A stretch of DNA of 64,000 nt from a virus (Duplodnaviria > Caudoviricetes): positions 438-64,437 of the IMG/VR virus record IMGVR_UViG_3300009680_000012; one strand, written 5' to 3'. Made by a program: the position numbers and the translations under genes. Positions 44,472 to 54,335 of this stretch are shown in pieces; position 1 is the first letter of the stretch, and every line of letters starts with the position of its first letter. The notes beneath the pieces were generated by a model. It was not told where the DNA came from, did not search any database, and saw only the letters and a program-made list of their open reading frames with translations.

Positions 44472-46891
44472 GCAGCATATCCCTCCAATCTTTTAATAAT
44501 AAATTCATTAGGCTTTTTCAAAGCACCCCAACGGGTTCCTATTCCTACATCGGCAGTAAAAGGAACCCAACCATCCAGAACAGTTTTCTCCATTTCAGTT
44601 TTGAGTTCCCACGCTACTCGGTAAATATCTTCTTTAGTTTCTCCAAGCACTGAATCATGTACGGTACTAAGCAAACGTGTTTTACCTAATTCACCGCGTT
44701 CGATACGTTTACCAAAACGTAATAATGAACCTAAACTTATTTCATTTGCCATACTCTGAATAGGAAAATTTACCGCTTGACGAAGTACACCTGCTTTATT
44801 ATTTTCCGTTATCAATGGAAAACGTCTGTATCTACCGAAAGGAGAAACCACATAACCTTTTTCCAGCACACTCTTTTTGATGTTTTCGATCCATATTTTT
44901 GATTCAACGTATACCTCAAAGAATAAATCCATAAGACGTAGTGCTTCAGTTAAAGTAATAATTACACCGTCTGATCTTAGCGCGTCAACTAAACCTTCAG
45001 GAGTCATCTGGTAAATTAAACCAAATGTTATCCTCTTGGCTGTAGTTCGTTGCGCTTTAGTTACTTTATCGAATGGTACATTATACATAAGTGACGCTGT
45101 TCTAGTATGAAGATCAAGCCCTGATATAATTGCTTCATGCAACACCCTATCTTTGGCTATCCAACACAGCCCTTTAACCTCTGCCTGTGATAAGTCACAC
45201 TCAAACATCTGCCAACCAGGAGTAGCTGTAAATATATTCCTGGCTTGGGACCCTCTAGTAATATTTTGAAGGTTGGGGTTATTACTAGACAACCGGCCAG
45301 TTACCGTGCGTGCCACATTGAATTGGGTGTGTACTCGTTCTTCATCGTCTAAGTTTTTAAGGATGCCTTTAATATATGTGCCATGAAACTTGTGGCGTTT
45401 ACGATAATCAAGCATAACAGGTATGATGGGGTGTTCATCAATAATCATTTTAAGGTGTTCACGGTCTACACTCCAAGCACCAGGAATAGGTATCCCTAAC
45501 TTATTATAAAAAACATCTGGTACTTGTTTGGCGTTGGAATTAGGGTTAAACTCTTGCCCTGCTAACACATACATTTTTTGTTTGAGTTCTTCTATCTCAG
45601 CATCTAATACTTTATCAAGTTCTTCTAAATATTTTCTATCTGCTTTAATTCCTAAGTATTCCATACCAGCAAGTACGTCACTAACAGGGCACATGTGATT
45701 ATGCAGAAGGTCCCGCTGTTCTTCAGTTAACATTTTTTCAAACATATCATCAAGCATTAATGTATATGCTGCGTCTTTAGCGTTGTATTCGTACAACTCT
45801 TTTTCAGGACAATCTTCCAAGTGCGTATAAAAAGGAGCAATGTGGTTATTGTAATCGTTAACAAAAAGAAATTCTCGGGCTAAGTATTTAAGACCATGTA
45901 CACCACGGTATTCTTCTTCTGAATATCTGCGTTCATCTAAAAGATACGACTGATACATAGTATCGCTGTATGACGCTACGCTGTCTTTGCTGAAACCGTT
46001 AAACCACATTTTATTAATATCACTTTTAAAGTAATGCCCTGTTAAACGAATACCTTTTAAAGCTACAGACAATTTATCGTATGTGGTTTGATTCATTACT
46101 TCTTTAGTTAGTACAGCAGACTTAAGGGGCAACCAGCTTAAACCTATGCATAATAAGTTGTCTTGACTATCGTTCTCAACGTCAAGTGCTACTTTTCGTT
46201 TTTGTTGTTTAAGTTCATCTAACTTGGAGCATAATTCATCTACATCTTCCTGACAGTCAAGTAGCACGTACTCTACGTTATTTAAAGAATTGTTAACTGT
46301 AACTTCACCAGATAGTATGCGATTAATCTTAATAAAATCATTAGCAAAATCTTGAAATAATTTAGGTTCTTTCCAAATACTGCCTGGATCATGGGTTATA
46401 ACTACTGTACAGTTAAGTTCTTCATGCCACATAGTCCTGCCCCGTTCTTTGGTAAGGGATGTTAGTGTGGGGAATAACGCTTTCATAGCTACAGCACCCA
46501 TAGCCACAATAACTTTACGATTAGGGAGCCTTTTTAATTCAGCGTATAGTCGGGGAATACAATCCCTAATATCTCTAATAGATGGTGATTTACCGGTAGG
46601 AGACTGGCAGCAACAACTGTAACTTAACCAACAATTCATACGTTCAACGCCAACCAGTTGTAGGGCTTTAATAATAGTGCGGTTAGATGGCCCCGTAAAG
46701 GGGCGACCCCGGCGAACATCAACGTCGCCTGGGGTCGATCCTAGTAAGATTACTTCAGCATCAGAGTTACCTTGCCCCTCTACAAAACGAGCAGGATTAA
46801 GTTTACACTTAGCGCACTGTTTTGGGTCGTCCACGTTTAGGCTTTTCAGGTAATGCTGTATTAAGTCCGTATCGCGGATGTTTAATTTCAT
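44468..46891 (-). CDS. polA: Family A DNA polymerase with N-terminal family-4 uracil-DNA-glycosylase-like domain and 3'-5' exonuclease
   Basis: CAKCKL..VEGQG..GRPFTG (UDG4-like); LDVE / YNAKDA exonuclease motifs; TGRLSSNNPNLQNI, DLSQAE, RTTAKRITFGLIY, VHDS polymerase motifs. Confidence 0.95.
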   Translation of the reverse strand: MKLNIRDTDLIQHYLKSLNVDDPKQCAKCKLNPARFVEGQGNSDAEVILLGSTPGDVDVRRGRPFTGPSNRTIIKALQLVGVERMNCWLSYSCCCQSPTGKSPSIRDIRDCIPRLYAELKRLPNRKVIVAMGAVAMKALFPTLTSLTKERGRTMWHEELNCTVVITHDPGSIWKEPKLFQDFANDFIKINRILSGEVTVNNSLNNVEYVLLDCQEDVDELCSKLDELKQQKRKVALDVENDSQDNLLCIGLSWLPLKSAVLTKEVMNQTTYDKLSVALKGIRLTGHYFKSDINKMWFNGFSKDSVASYSDTMYQSYLLDERRYSEEEYRGVHGLKYLAREFLFVNDYNNHIAPFYTHLEDCPEKELYEYNAKDAAYTLMLDDMFEKMLTEEQRDLLHNHMCPVSDVLAGMEYLGIKADRKYLEELDKVLDAEIEELKQKMYVLAGQEFNPNSNAKQVPDVFYNKLGIPIPGAWSVDREHLKMIIDEHPIIPVMLDYRKRHKFHGTYIKGILKNLDDEERVHTQFNVARTVTGRLSSNNPNLQNITRGSQARNIFTATPGWQMFECDLSQAEVKGLCWIAKDRVLHEAIISGLDLHTRTASLMYNVPFDKVTKAQRTTAKRITFGLIYQMTPEGLVDALRSDGVIITLTEALRLMDLFFEVYVESKIWIENIKKSVLEKGYVVSPFGRYRRFPLITENNKAGVLRQAVNFPIQSMANEISLGSLLRFGKRIERGELGKTRLLSTVHDSVLGETKEDIYRVAWELKTEMEKTVLDGWVPFTADVGIGTRWGALKKPNEFIIKRLEGYAA

Positions 46892-47096
46892 AAACAGTAC
46901 CCCCATTCTTCAAAGCAGTTAAGATGTGGTTGACAAGTTCCTCTGCCTCGCTTGCTGTCAACGAATTAAACACTGTTTCCTGCTCTACACATAAGGAAAA
47001 TAACTCATTAGGTCTAGGTATTACTTTAATATCAACGTGATTAAGAGCACCAACAATACGAGTCAGACCGTCGTTATTGCGCCAAACAAATATCAT
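46809..47096 (-). CDS. Hypothetical protein
   Basis: Contiguous ORF in the operon; C-terminal KRGRPK. Confidence 0.6.
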   Translation of the reverse strand: MIFVWRNNDGLTRIVGALNHVDIKVIPRPNELFSLCVEQETVFNSLTASEAEELVNHILTALKNGGTVYEIKHPRYGLNTALPEKPKRGRPKTVR

Positions 47097-47434
47097 AACT
47101 CAAACCCCCAATGCGCTTCCATAATATCTTTACAGTTCTGTAAAATCATAGAACTAAAACACGCTGAAGCATTTTTCTTGATTTCTTGGTCTGGTAGATT
47201 GTTAATAGTCATCTCCACGGTATGCATAAATGCTGGAATTATATACAATAAATCCTCCAAAGATACCTGACCTATTGAGACAGTATGACTTCCCTGCACA
47301 CCAATAACTAAAGCTCCGGTGTGCCATTGTATTTCTTCGCCTGTTCTGTTGTCTATAGCTTTAATAGTTAAGTTTTCTACGCCCAAGTCTTTATGATCTC
47401 CGGTAATAACAACGCCTCTCATGTTACTTAACAT
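47093..47434 (-). CDS. Hypothetical protein
   Basis: Contiguous ORF in the operon. Confidence 0.65.
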   Translation of the reverse strand: MLSNMRGVVITGDHKDLGVENLTIKAIDNRTGEEIQWHTGALVIGVQGSHTVSIGQVSLEDLLYIIPAFMHTVEMTINNLPDQEIKKNASACFSSMILQNCKDIMEAHWGFEL

Positions 47435-47898
47435 TAATTTACACCTTCTTTCTTAAATAAAGCAGCACCAATCTTTTTAAGTTGTTCGTTATCTTCCATG
47501 TAATACACAATTAAATGTCGAGCAGCATCCCGCGCATGACGATAATTTTTAGTTATATCCCACAACCCCAGTGCTTTGATGGTTCTATTGTTTAATATTT
47601 TAGCTTTACCTGCTCCTTGTTCTATGTATTGTACGTCATAAGATAAACACCAATCTTTAATCGCTCCGATTATTTCTGCGGAAGGGACATTACTAAAGGA
47701 TTGTTCTCGGGCTTTCCAAGGATAAACTCGGTAGGATTCGCACACCACAATGTGGGGAGTATAGGTTTCAAGGAGAACGCGAAGTGCAGGAAAATCCTGC
47801 ACCTCGCCAACACTAAAAACATTTGTGGCAAAGGGACCGTCAGAAATAATATATCCTGTGGTTAATCCTGGGTCTATTGCCATAACAATCTTAGTCAT
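47434..47898 (-). CDS. RuvC-like Holliday junction resolvase
   Basis: VMAIDPGLTTG, VVCESY, HARDAARH. Confidence 0.8.
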   Translation of the reverse strand: MTKIVMAIDPGLTTGYIISDGPFATNVFSVGEVQDFPALRVLLETYTPHIVVCESYRVYPWKAREQSFSNVPSAEIIGAIKDWCLSYDVQYIEQGAGKAKILNNRTIKALGLWDITKNYRHARDAARHLIVYYMEDNEQLKKIGAALFKKEGVN

Positions 47899-48338
47899 CA
47901 GAACCCTGACAGTTTCCTACCAGCTTTAGGAGTCGGAGTGTTACCATTTAACGGTAACATAGATTTGACTTCGTTATAGGTTTTGTCCTCATAAACACGT
48001 TCCCCAACCACAATGCGCAATTGTTTGCCTTCCAGGTCGAATGTATCAAACTTAAAGTTACTACGGTTAGAGTCAGTCAACAACCCCACAACCTTGAGTA
48101 ACTGGCCTAATTTAAAGACACCCTTGCCAGTCACCATAAAGTTTTCAAATATCTTGCGTCCAGCGTATTCTCCATCAAGGACATTAAAAGTAAGAGTGAT
48201 ATACTCTGTTCCTTTTCCCCCGCCAACCTTAACTTCATCAGCTTTTTCCGTACTGATCTCTACGTTGTACGTACCTTTTGGTAGGGGTTCAAACCCGTCA
48301 AGGTTAACATCTGAAAAATCCATCATAAATCTCGGCAT
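47898..48338 (-). CDS. DUF669-type single-stranded DNA-binding protein
   Basis: FEPLPKGTYNVEI, YITLTFNVLDGEYAGRKIFENF, LEGKQLRIVV. Confidence 0.85.
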   Translation of the reverse strand: MPRFMMDFSDVNLDGFEPLPKGTYNVEISTEKADEVKVGGGKGTEYITLTFNVLDGEYAGRKIFENFMVTGKGVFKLGQLLKVVGLLTDSNRSNFKFDTFDLEGKQLRIVVGERVYEDKTYNEVKSMLPLNGNTPTPKAGRKLSGF

Positions 48339-48394
48339 AATTAAAATTCCTCCTTAATAATTGTTTTTGTTTAGATTTACCAGTTCTACAGTTT

Positions 48395-49204
48395 TTACAC
48401 ACTACCCTCCTTTACTTTTCGTTTAGGCATATCCTCAGTAATAGACGGCTCAGACATAGCCGTTACCACATGGGGAACAATTTGGTCTAGCCGGGGATTT
48501 CTAATTACATCAGGCAGTACCCCGCCGGGGTTCTTACCGAAGTACCTTTCTGTGGGAGTCAGGATAAGACTACGTACAATTTGACTTTCTTCAGCATCAC
48601 AGTCAAGGTACCCCACAATGTTGAAGTTTGCCATGATGTTCTTGGCTATTCTTTTAGGCTGAATTGACGGTACGGTTTGGCGATCCTCCCGGATATCCTG
48701 TTCTAAGGCCGATGCCCAGAAGTGCATGGGCAGGTCCCGGAAAGCTCTAACCGCAGCAGTAAACCGCAAGTCTACTCGGTACCAGTCACCCTGTTCAGGA
48801 ACATCTTCATCATGGATACTGCCTTTACCTTCCCGACGAACAACCTGCTCCTTAACAATTTCTCGTATAAGTCTGCTGTTAATATCTGTAAAACCATCCA
48901 AGCTAACGCCAGTATAATTATGATTACCGTTCGCTAGGAAGTGATAAAGCTCCAGTAGATCATCCATGCAGTTTATATCCCAAATATCAGGGATATATCC
49001 CAAGGTCTTTTTGACTTGCCATAGGGTTGGCTCGGCTATATTAGATTCAGTCAACCCCATAATACTGTTAGGCAATGTGGCAAGTAACCAAGTCTTACCT
49101 GCCCCCGACCTAGCGTACACCAAGCCTTTAGTATAGAACGGTGATCGTTCCAGTTTACGGATTCTACTATTAGCAACCGCATTATCAGTTGTCATAACAG
49201 GCAT
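48395..49204 (-). CDS. Sak4-like AAA_24 ATPase/recombinase
   Basis: LVYARSGAGKT Walker A, VSLDGFT, GDWY, NFNIVGY, YFGKNP. Confidence 0.85.
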   Translation of the reverse strand: MPVMTTDNAVANSRIRKLERSPFYTKGLVYARSGAGKTWLLATLPNSIMGLTESNIAEPTLWQVKKTLGYIPDIWDINCMDDLLELYHFLANGNHNYTGVSLDGFTDINSRLIREIVKEQVVRREGKGSIHDEDVPEQGDWYRVDLRFTAAVRAFRDLPMHFWASALEQDIREDRQTVPSIQPKRIAKNIMANFNIVGYLDCDAEESQIVRSLILTPTERYFGKNPGGVLPDVIRNPRLDQIVPHVVTAMSEPSITEDMPKRKVKEGSV

Positions 49205-49219
49205 TTAACATCCTCCTTA

Positions 49220-50122
49220 TTAGTTATTTTCCTGTACTAATTCTTCAGCCTTACGTTGTATTCTGTCTAATCGAGCTTCCCAGGCTTCTTTAGTTTTGGT
49301 TTCGTAATAATAATCAGCCATTTCCTGCCAGCCATCCCCGGTATTCATAGCCATACACAATGACGTATAGGCACAACGCCAGTTACAGTGCATACCAGGG
49401 CTAGGGACGAAATGAATATCTGATAACATCCTTTGAATAGTCCAGTATAAATTGTTCCGAATATTAATTAACTCCTGGGGGGATTTAGTAACGTAAAAAC
49501 GTTTAACCAATGGGTCTTTGGTTCGAGAAGGTATTTTAATCTTACGAGTTACATCGTGCATACAGCCCCGGAACGGTTCAGAAAATAATTGCGTAGCTGC
49601 CAGCAGGTATAACCCATCCTGTTCGGACAAGTTAAGATCAACGGTAGAAGGAAAACTAGCGCCAGTTTTATGCTCGTTAACCCACATGTGTTGTGTCTTA
49701 GTTATCAGGTCAAACGTACCCTTGTGGCGTACACCCTGCATTATTGTGCCATCAGAAGTATGCACCGGAAGATCAAACTCTTGTTCAACAGCAATTACAT
49801 CAAAGTTGTCGTTAGCTTCGGCAAAATCAATGTAATAGCCAACACATTTAACTGCCATGTCAATTATTTCTCTGGCTTTTGATTCATCCTCACTGTGCTG
49901 TGAATAATCCTGCAAGAGTTCATCGGCCCATACGTTAAGATACTTTGATGCGGCTACCATGCTACGGTTGTGGCGATAATAACCAGCCACACCCAAATGA
50001 AAACCTGTACCAATGCTTAGTTTTTCGTTGTCTATTTTTGGGCGTAGTTTTAATTCGTGAGCAAAATAATATAGTCTCGGACAGGTTTTGTAGTCCCCAA
50101 TCATTGATGCCCCAATGTCCAT
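49220..50122 (-). CDS. PD-(D/E)XK exonuclease (RecB/Cas4-like fold)
   Basis: CPRLYYF, EQEF..GTFDL..VNEHKT, C-terminal CNWRCAYTSLC. Confidence 0.85.
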   Translation of the reverse strand: MDIGASMIGDYKTCPRLYYFAHELKLRPKIDNEKLSIGTGFHLGVAGYYRHNRSMVAASKYLNVWADELLQDYSQHSEDESKAREIIDMAVKCVGYYIDFAEANDNFDVIAVEQEFDLPVHTSDGTIMQGVRHKGTFDLITKTQHMWVNEHKTGASFPSTVDLNLSEQDGLYLLAATQLFSEPFRGCMHDVTRKIKIPSRTKDPLVKRFYVTKSPQELINIRNNLYWTIQRMLSDIHFVPSPGMHCNWRCAYTSLCMAMNTGDGWQEMADYYYETKTKEAWEARLDRIQRKAEELVQENN

Positions 50123-50128
50123 TTAATA

Positions 50129-50326
50129 TTAACCCTCCTTTGTTGCTTCAAGTTTCTGGTCAATAAACCACTTAGGAATCCTTACGATATTACCTTCCAT
50201 CGGAAGGGTGGGCCAGTTACCCAGTTTAATTTGCTTTCTTACATAAGTCATTCCTACGCCTAAAATTCTAGCTGCTTCTTTAGCTGTATAGGCTTGTTTT
50301 TCTACCTGCATATCCTTTGCTGTCAT
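50129..50326 (-). CDS. HTH_17 / excisionase-like DNA-binding protein
   Basis: AYTAKEAARILGVGMTYVRKQIK.G..P...IVRIP. Confidence 0.85.
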   Translation of the reverse strand: MTAKDMQVEKQAYTAKEAARILGVGMTYVRKQIKLGNWPTLPMEGNIVRIPKWFIDQKLEATKEG

Positions 50327-50565
50327 CTACTCACCACCTCCTTAAATTTTATTTGTTTAACCCAACACCAACCACCATAGTTATTACGACTACCTTTAAA
50401 CCTTCTACGAAAAAACGGTGCTGTATTAAAGGTTTTAAAGTAGTTAAGTAATCTATCGTAATGTTCAGCAGGAATCCATACTTCGTAAAGTTCAGGAAAT
50501 ATTACTGCTCCAGTTATACCCAATTTATTTAGTATGGCTTGTGGGTCATAGGGTCGTCGTGCCAT
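50323..50565 (-). CDS. Hypothetical protein
   Basis: Contiguous ORF in the operon. Confidence 0.6.
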   Translation of the reverse strand: MARRPYDPQAILNKLGITGAVIFPELYEVWIPAEHYDRLLNYFKTFNTAPFFRRRFKGSRNNYGGWCWVKQIKFKEVVSR

Positions 50566-50568
50566 TAA

Positions 50569-51930
50569 CTACACCCCCATTCGGAGCAATTTAACATAAT
50601 CGTAAATCATTTCTAATGCAGAAGAATACTGTTCTTTCCTGGGTAATACCGTATATTCTATATACTCGTCTAGCGTCATTACCCCTGGTATTACTCCCAC
50701 AAAGGTAACAATTTTAACCTGTTTGTTTTGTCCTCTACGGTTAACTCTGCCTATTACCTGTTCGACTAAAGCCGGAACCCAGTCCTTATCCATGAACACT
50801 AATGTATCGGCTGTCTCTTGTAAGTTCAACCCTTCTCGCATGGTGGTTAGCATTACTCTGCAACTATCGTCCTCTCGAAAACGTATTAAGGCTTGTTCTC
50901 TTTCAGGTCCGGTCTTTTCTCCTATAATCATTACCGGATTAAAAGACTTCAATCTGGGAAATAGTAGTTTAAGATACTCTGCCAAGGTGCTGAACACTAC
51001 AACTTTAGTGTAAGGAGTATGCTCAGCTAAAAACTCTAACAAGGCTTCTGTTTTAGAGCTTTCATTTTTACCACCAAACAAATACGGTGAACATGCTATC
51101 TGCCTAAAGCGGGTATACTTTACCAGTGGATTGGTTGTGGCTAAGAAATTACCATCACCTAGCTCAGCTAAACTTAATTCAGCTAACTGCGAGTATATTT
51201 TGGATTGATACGGTGATAATCTAACACGGATAACCTCATGGATAGGTTCGGTTATTCCTTCAACTTCAGTTCTACGGAGCATATAATTGTCTAAAATTTC
51301 AGCCAATTTTTCTTCATTCTTAAACCCTTCAATCCTGGTGTACCCCATAAAATCCTGAGTAGCTATGCAGTATTGTTCTACAAATCGCCAATAACTTGAA
51401 AACTCTTTAGGATTTAAAATGTGGAGCAGATGCCACAACTCGTCAGGTCGGTTATGAATAGGCGTTCCGGTCATTAATACCACATAGGGTGTTCGTCGAG
51501 CCAACTTTAGAATAGCTTTACTACGGGCTGCCTTACGGTTTTTTAGTGCAGTAGCTTCATCAGCAATTATCATATCCCATTTAGTCTTTAGTATATCGTC
51601 CCTAAGTTCCATGTGGTAACGGTTATTATCATCCCGGTAACGTTTAAATAACGCTTCGTAGTACGTTAAGTTAAACTTTGCATTGCCTATAGGAGTAGAG
51701 GAAAGTATTTCATGTGGGACTTCACCGCACCAGGATTGAATTTCTTCTGACCATTGAAACATTAGGGATTTTTTAACCACAATTAATACTTTGTTTAATT
51801 TTAGTTCCTTAGCAGCCACCAATGTTTGGGCGGTTTTTCCAAAACCTACTATATCCGCAAGTAAAACCTTTTCTTTATCTTTAATAAACTCTTTGCCTGT
51901 TTGTTGTTCAGGGGTTAAAACTTTTACAAT
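50569..51930 (-). CDS. SNF2-family helicase (extended start, probably ATT)
   Basis: IADEA, LMTGTPIHNRPDELW, EGLNLQ, QVIGRVNRRGQ; motif I LADIVGFGKT lies upstream of the ORF-track start at 51822. Confidence 0.9.
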   Translation of the reverse strand: MVKVLTPEQQTGKEFIKDKEKVLLADIVGFGKTAQTLVAAKELKLNKVLIVVKKSLMFQWSEEIQSWCGEVPHEILSSTPIGNAKFNLTYYEALFKRYRDDNNRYHMELRDDILKTKWDMIIADEATALKNRKAARSKAILKLARRTPYVVLMTGTPIHNRPDELWHLLHILNPKEFSSYWRFVEQYCIATQDFMGYTRIEGFKNEEKLAEILDNYMLRRTEVEGITEPIHEVIRVRLSPYQSKIYSQLAELSLAELGDGNFLATTNPLVKYTRFRQIACSPYLFGGKNESSKTEALLEFLAEHTPYTKVVVFSTLAEYLKLLFPRLKSFNPVMIIGEKTGPEREQALIRFREDDSCRVMLTTMREGLNLQETADTLVFMDKDWVPALVEQVIGRVNRRGQNKQVKIVTFVGVIPGVMTLDEYIEYTVLPRKEQYSSALEMIYDYVKLLRMGV

Positions 51931-51948
51931 ACGCTACACCACCTTAAA

Positions 51949-52164
51949 TTAATCATCTTCTTCTTCCAGTTTTTGCTCATTAAACAGTATGTACGCTCCG
52001 TGTACTTGCATCAATATTATTGCTATCGGTAATACCCAATTCCAAACATCCCAATATCCCCGGCCTGGAAAAATTATTTCAACTACTTGACTACAAGCAT
52101 AAACCGCAGTTCCCCAGAGTATTCCGTTGTGGAGCCAAGTCCACCAAGTATATTCTTGGGGCAT
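51949..52164 (-). CDS. Small membrane protein
   Basis: AGGAGGTGA RBS; two hydrophobic segments. Confidence 0.7.
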   Translation of the reverse strand: MPQEYTWWTWLHNGILWGTAVYACSQVVEIIFPGRGYWDVWNWVLPIAIILMQVHGAYILFNEQKLEEEDD

Positions 52165-52214
52165 TCTTATATCACCTCCTATCTTTAAGCGATACTAAGC
52201 GTTAATGTAAGATA

Positions 52215-52243
52215 ATTATAGCACCTACGCGATACATTGTCAA
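52215..52243 (-). promoter_or_regulatory. Consensus sigA promoter for the replication operon
   Basis: TTGACA-N17-TATAAT with TG extension. Confidence 0.9.
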
Positions 52244-52656
52244 ACGAAAGGAGTCTCTAAGGACAGAATTTCTACCGGGTATTGTACAGAAATTTGGTAA
52301 TAATAATCTACAGACCATAGTTGTAACTTACCCTGTTTCCACAATTTCTTTTCTTGTTCTCCAGGTTCAGCTCCATCTTCACATTCAAGACAAGAAACCA
52401 CAAAACCCCCGTCCTTAAAATACAATTGCTGATCGTCAATAACATTGTGGAATCGTTTAATTTTACAAACTAATTCTCCGAGCGTGTTAGCAGAGTATGT
52501 TATATCTATGTCTTGATAAACTTCTGTGTCTGGGTTACACCCGTTATTCCAATCATCTTCTACTGCGTATCTGGTACAGTTATGTGCAATGTATTTACTT
52601 TCAAGTTTGTTTACTCTGTATTCCATACTTTTATATTTGTTTACGCTGTGTTGCAT
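52240..52656 (-). CDS. Hypothetical protein
   Basis: GGAGG RBS. Confidence 0.7.
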   Translation of the reverse strand: MQHSVNKYKSMEYRVNKLESKYIAHNCTRYAVEDDWNNGCNPDTEVYQDIDITYSANTLGELVCKIKRFHNVIDDQQLYFKDGGFVVSCLECEDGAEPGEQEKKLWKQGKLQLWSVDYYYQISVQYPVEILSLETPFV

Positions 52657-52690
52657 TATTTATCTTCCTCCCTTTTAATTTTTGGTGGCC

Positions 52691-52885
52691 TTACTTCTCC
52701 CAAATAATCTCCCAACGATCCTCAACTGGGGTATACTCGCTGCCTATGATAGTAAAGTTTTCCGTCTCCTGCAAAACATCGAAAACTCTTCTAGCTTCTT
52801 CTTTGTCGTTCCCACAATACTTCTCTACTTCAGTACCCGGTAGGTACTGCCCCTTTGTGTGCGCTATAGACTCCACCATATACAT
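52691..52885 (-). CDS. Hypothetical protein
   Basis: GGGGGG RBS-like run before ATG 52885. Confidence 0.55.
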   Translation of the reverse strand: MYMVESIAHTKGQYLPGTEVEKYCGNDKEEARRVFDVLQETENFTIIGSEYTPVEDRWEIIWEK

Positions 52886-53228
52886 GCCGTTTCCCCCCTT
52901 CAAGCAAATCTTCAGCAACAGATAACCAAGATTCAACGTCTGCTGGTGTCGTAAAGTGATACTTTTCAGATAAAGATGTTAGTTTTTTAGTGGCTAAATC
53001 TAGTGCTTTATTAAATACCTTTAGCCTTTGGTTCAAGCGTTCCACTTCAGTCTCATACGTAGGTTCTAGCTGTGCATCATTTAGTTTGCCGATTATTTCA
53101 TTGTACTTATCTGTTGGCATGTAACAACTAATCTCACTTTCAAACAGCATGTGAATTGCATCATATAATTTATTGTTTTCTGTTTTGAGTTTTTGGTTTT
53201 CTTCCATTAGTTGACAGAATTTTTTCAT
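52830..53228 (-). CDS. Coiled-coil hypothetical protein
   Basis: AAGGGTG RBS-like element; heptad pattern. Confidence 0.6.
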   Translation of the reverse strand: MKKFCQLMEENQKLKTENNKLYDAIHMLFESEISCYMPTDKYNEIIGKLNDAQLEPTYETEVERLNQRLKVFNKALDLATKKLTSLSEKYHFTTPADVESWLSVAEDLLEGGKRHVYGGVYSAHKGAVPTGY

Positions 53229-53279
53229 ACAACAACACCCTTTCAGTATATTTTGTGGGAGGGGATAAACCCCTCCCAA

Positions 53280-54212
53280 TTATGCAGCGATTAACTCGTA
53301 GGCTTTATCTATTAACACATGCCCATCAACCGTTTTCATAAACAGATTCTCCCGGAAGGTGTCTGTTTTTCTTAGCGGTTGAATGTGGGTGGCGAAATCA
53401 CTTACTGCATTAACAAAACCCCAGGCTGTGTCTTTGAATTTACCTAAATCCGGGGCTTCAGTATACCGGGACAACAAGCCGGTTCTAAGATCAATAACGT
53501 TACGCTCTTTAACTGGTCCGGCATCTTCTGGTATTGGTAACAGTTGTTCAATCAAGTCCTCAACTTCAGCCAAATAAAGTGTCTTATTAGCCAGGGACTC
53601 TGCTTCTTTACCAAAGGAAACCAGATACCTCTCAGACAAGCCTAGCGTCCTCTGTGCTTCGTGCATTTTAGCCGCTATATCTCCAGTATGCCGAACGGAC
53701 CAACTACGCTGTGCGGTCCTCAGAGCAAGGTTTAAGGTGTTCATACAGATAACTCTTACAGGTGTGACTGCAACCTTAACTGCACCAGTACCGTCATGGG
53801 TATTACTGAACACCAAAAACACTTGGGTAACATCACCTAAAATATTTTGGTCAGGCATTCTGGCTAAAAGCCATACCCTTCTACCAGAGGATAAGCTACC
53901 AGCAGTTTCGTAACGTACATCCCCACCAACAAGGTGATCTGTAAACGCAAAGGCTTCATGGTTCTGCACTACCCGGTATTGGTCAGAAACCAAACCCAAA
54001 ACACGGCGGTCAGAGCTACGAATATTTAGCTTATACCCCGGAACATCAGTAAAGTAGTTATCATTCTTAATGAAAACATCTTCCTGGATTACCTGCCAAT
54101 TTAACCCGGATAATCTTAATGCGTCCATACTGTTAACGGCTCCGGCTACAGAAGAACCTAAACCATCCCAAGGTGTTCTCCTGGCATCAAACATAGTATC
54201 CAATCTACTCAT
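53280..54212 (-). CDS. DUF932 / TIGR03299 phage-plasmid-like protein
   Basis: R..PW.GLG..V, YRVVQNHEAFAF, YETAGSL..GRRVWLLA, HDGTG...TPVRVICMNTL, RHTG, TAWGFVNAV. Confidence 0.9.
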   Translation of the reverse strand: MSRLDTMFDARRTPWDGLGSSVAGAVNSMDALRLSGLNWQVIQEDVFIKNDNYFTDVPGYKLNIRSSDRRVLGLVSDQYRVVQNHEAFAFTDHLVGGDVRYETAGSLSSGRRVWLLARMPDQNILGDVTQVFLVFSNTHDGTGAVKVAVTPVRVICMNTLNLALRTAQRSWSVRHTGDIAAKMHEAQRTLGLSERYLVSFGKEAESLANKTLYLAEVEDLIEQLLPIPEDAGPVKERNVIDLRTGLLSRYTEAPDLGKFKDTAWGFVNAVSDFATHIQPLRKTDTFRENLFMKTVDGHVLIDKAYELIAA

Positions 54213-54291
54213 TACAAAACCCCCTTTAAGTAATTGCAACTAACTAAAAGTAACAGCAGTATTCTATAAGCAACACCACCTTACGTAAACT

Positions 54292-54321
54292 ATTTTATCA
54301 TATCGCACAGTATCGTGTCAA
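54292..54321 (-). promoter_or_regulatory. sigA promoter
   Basis: TTGACA-N18-TAAAAT with TG extension. Confidence 0.75.
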
Positions 54322-54335
54322 GTTGTTTGGTTAAA

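Noticed and set aside
49220-50122. Cas4 / CRISPR adaptation gene
   Set aside because: It lies in a Sak4-SSB-RuvC recombination operon; an ordinary phage PD-(D/E)XK exonuclease
50129-50326. Excisionase implying integration
   Set aside because: No integrase or att context in the window; HTH_17 proteins are common stand-alone regulators
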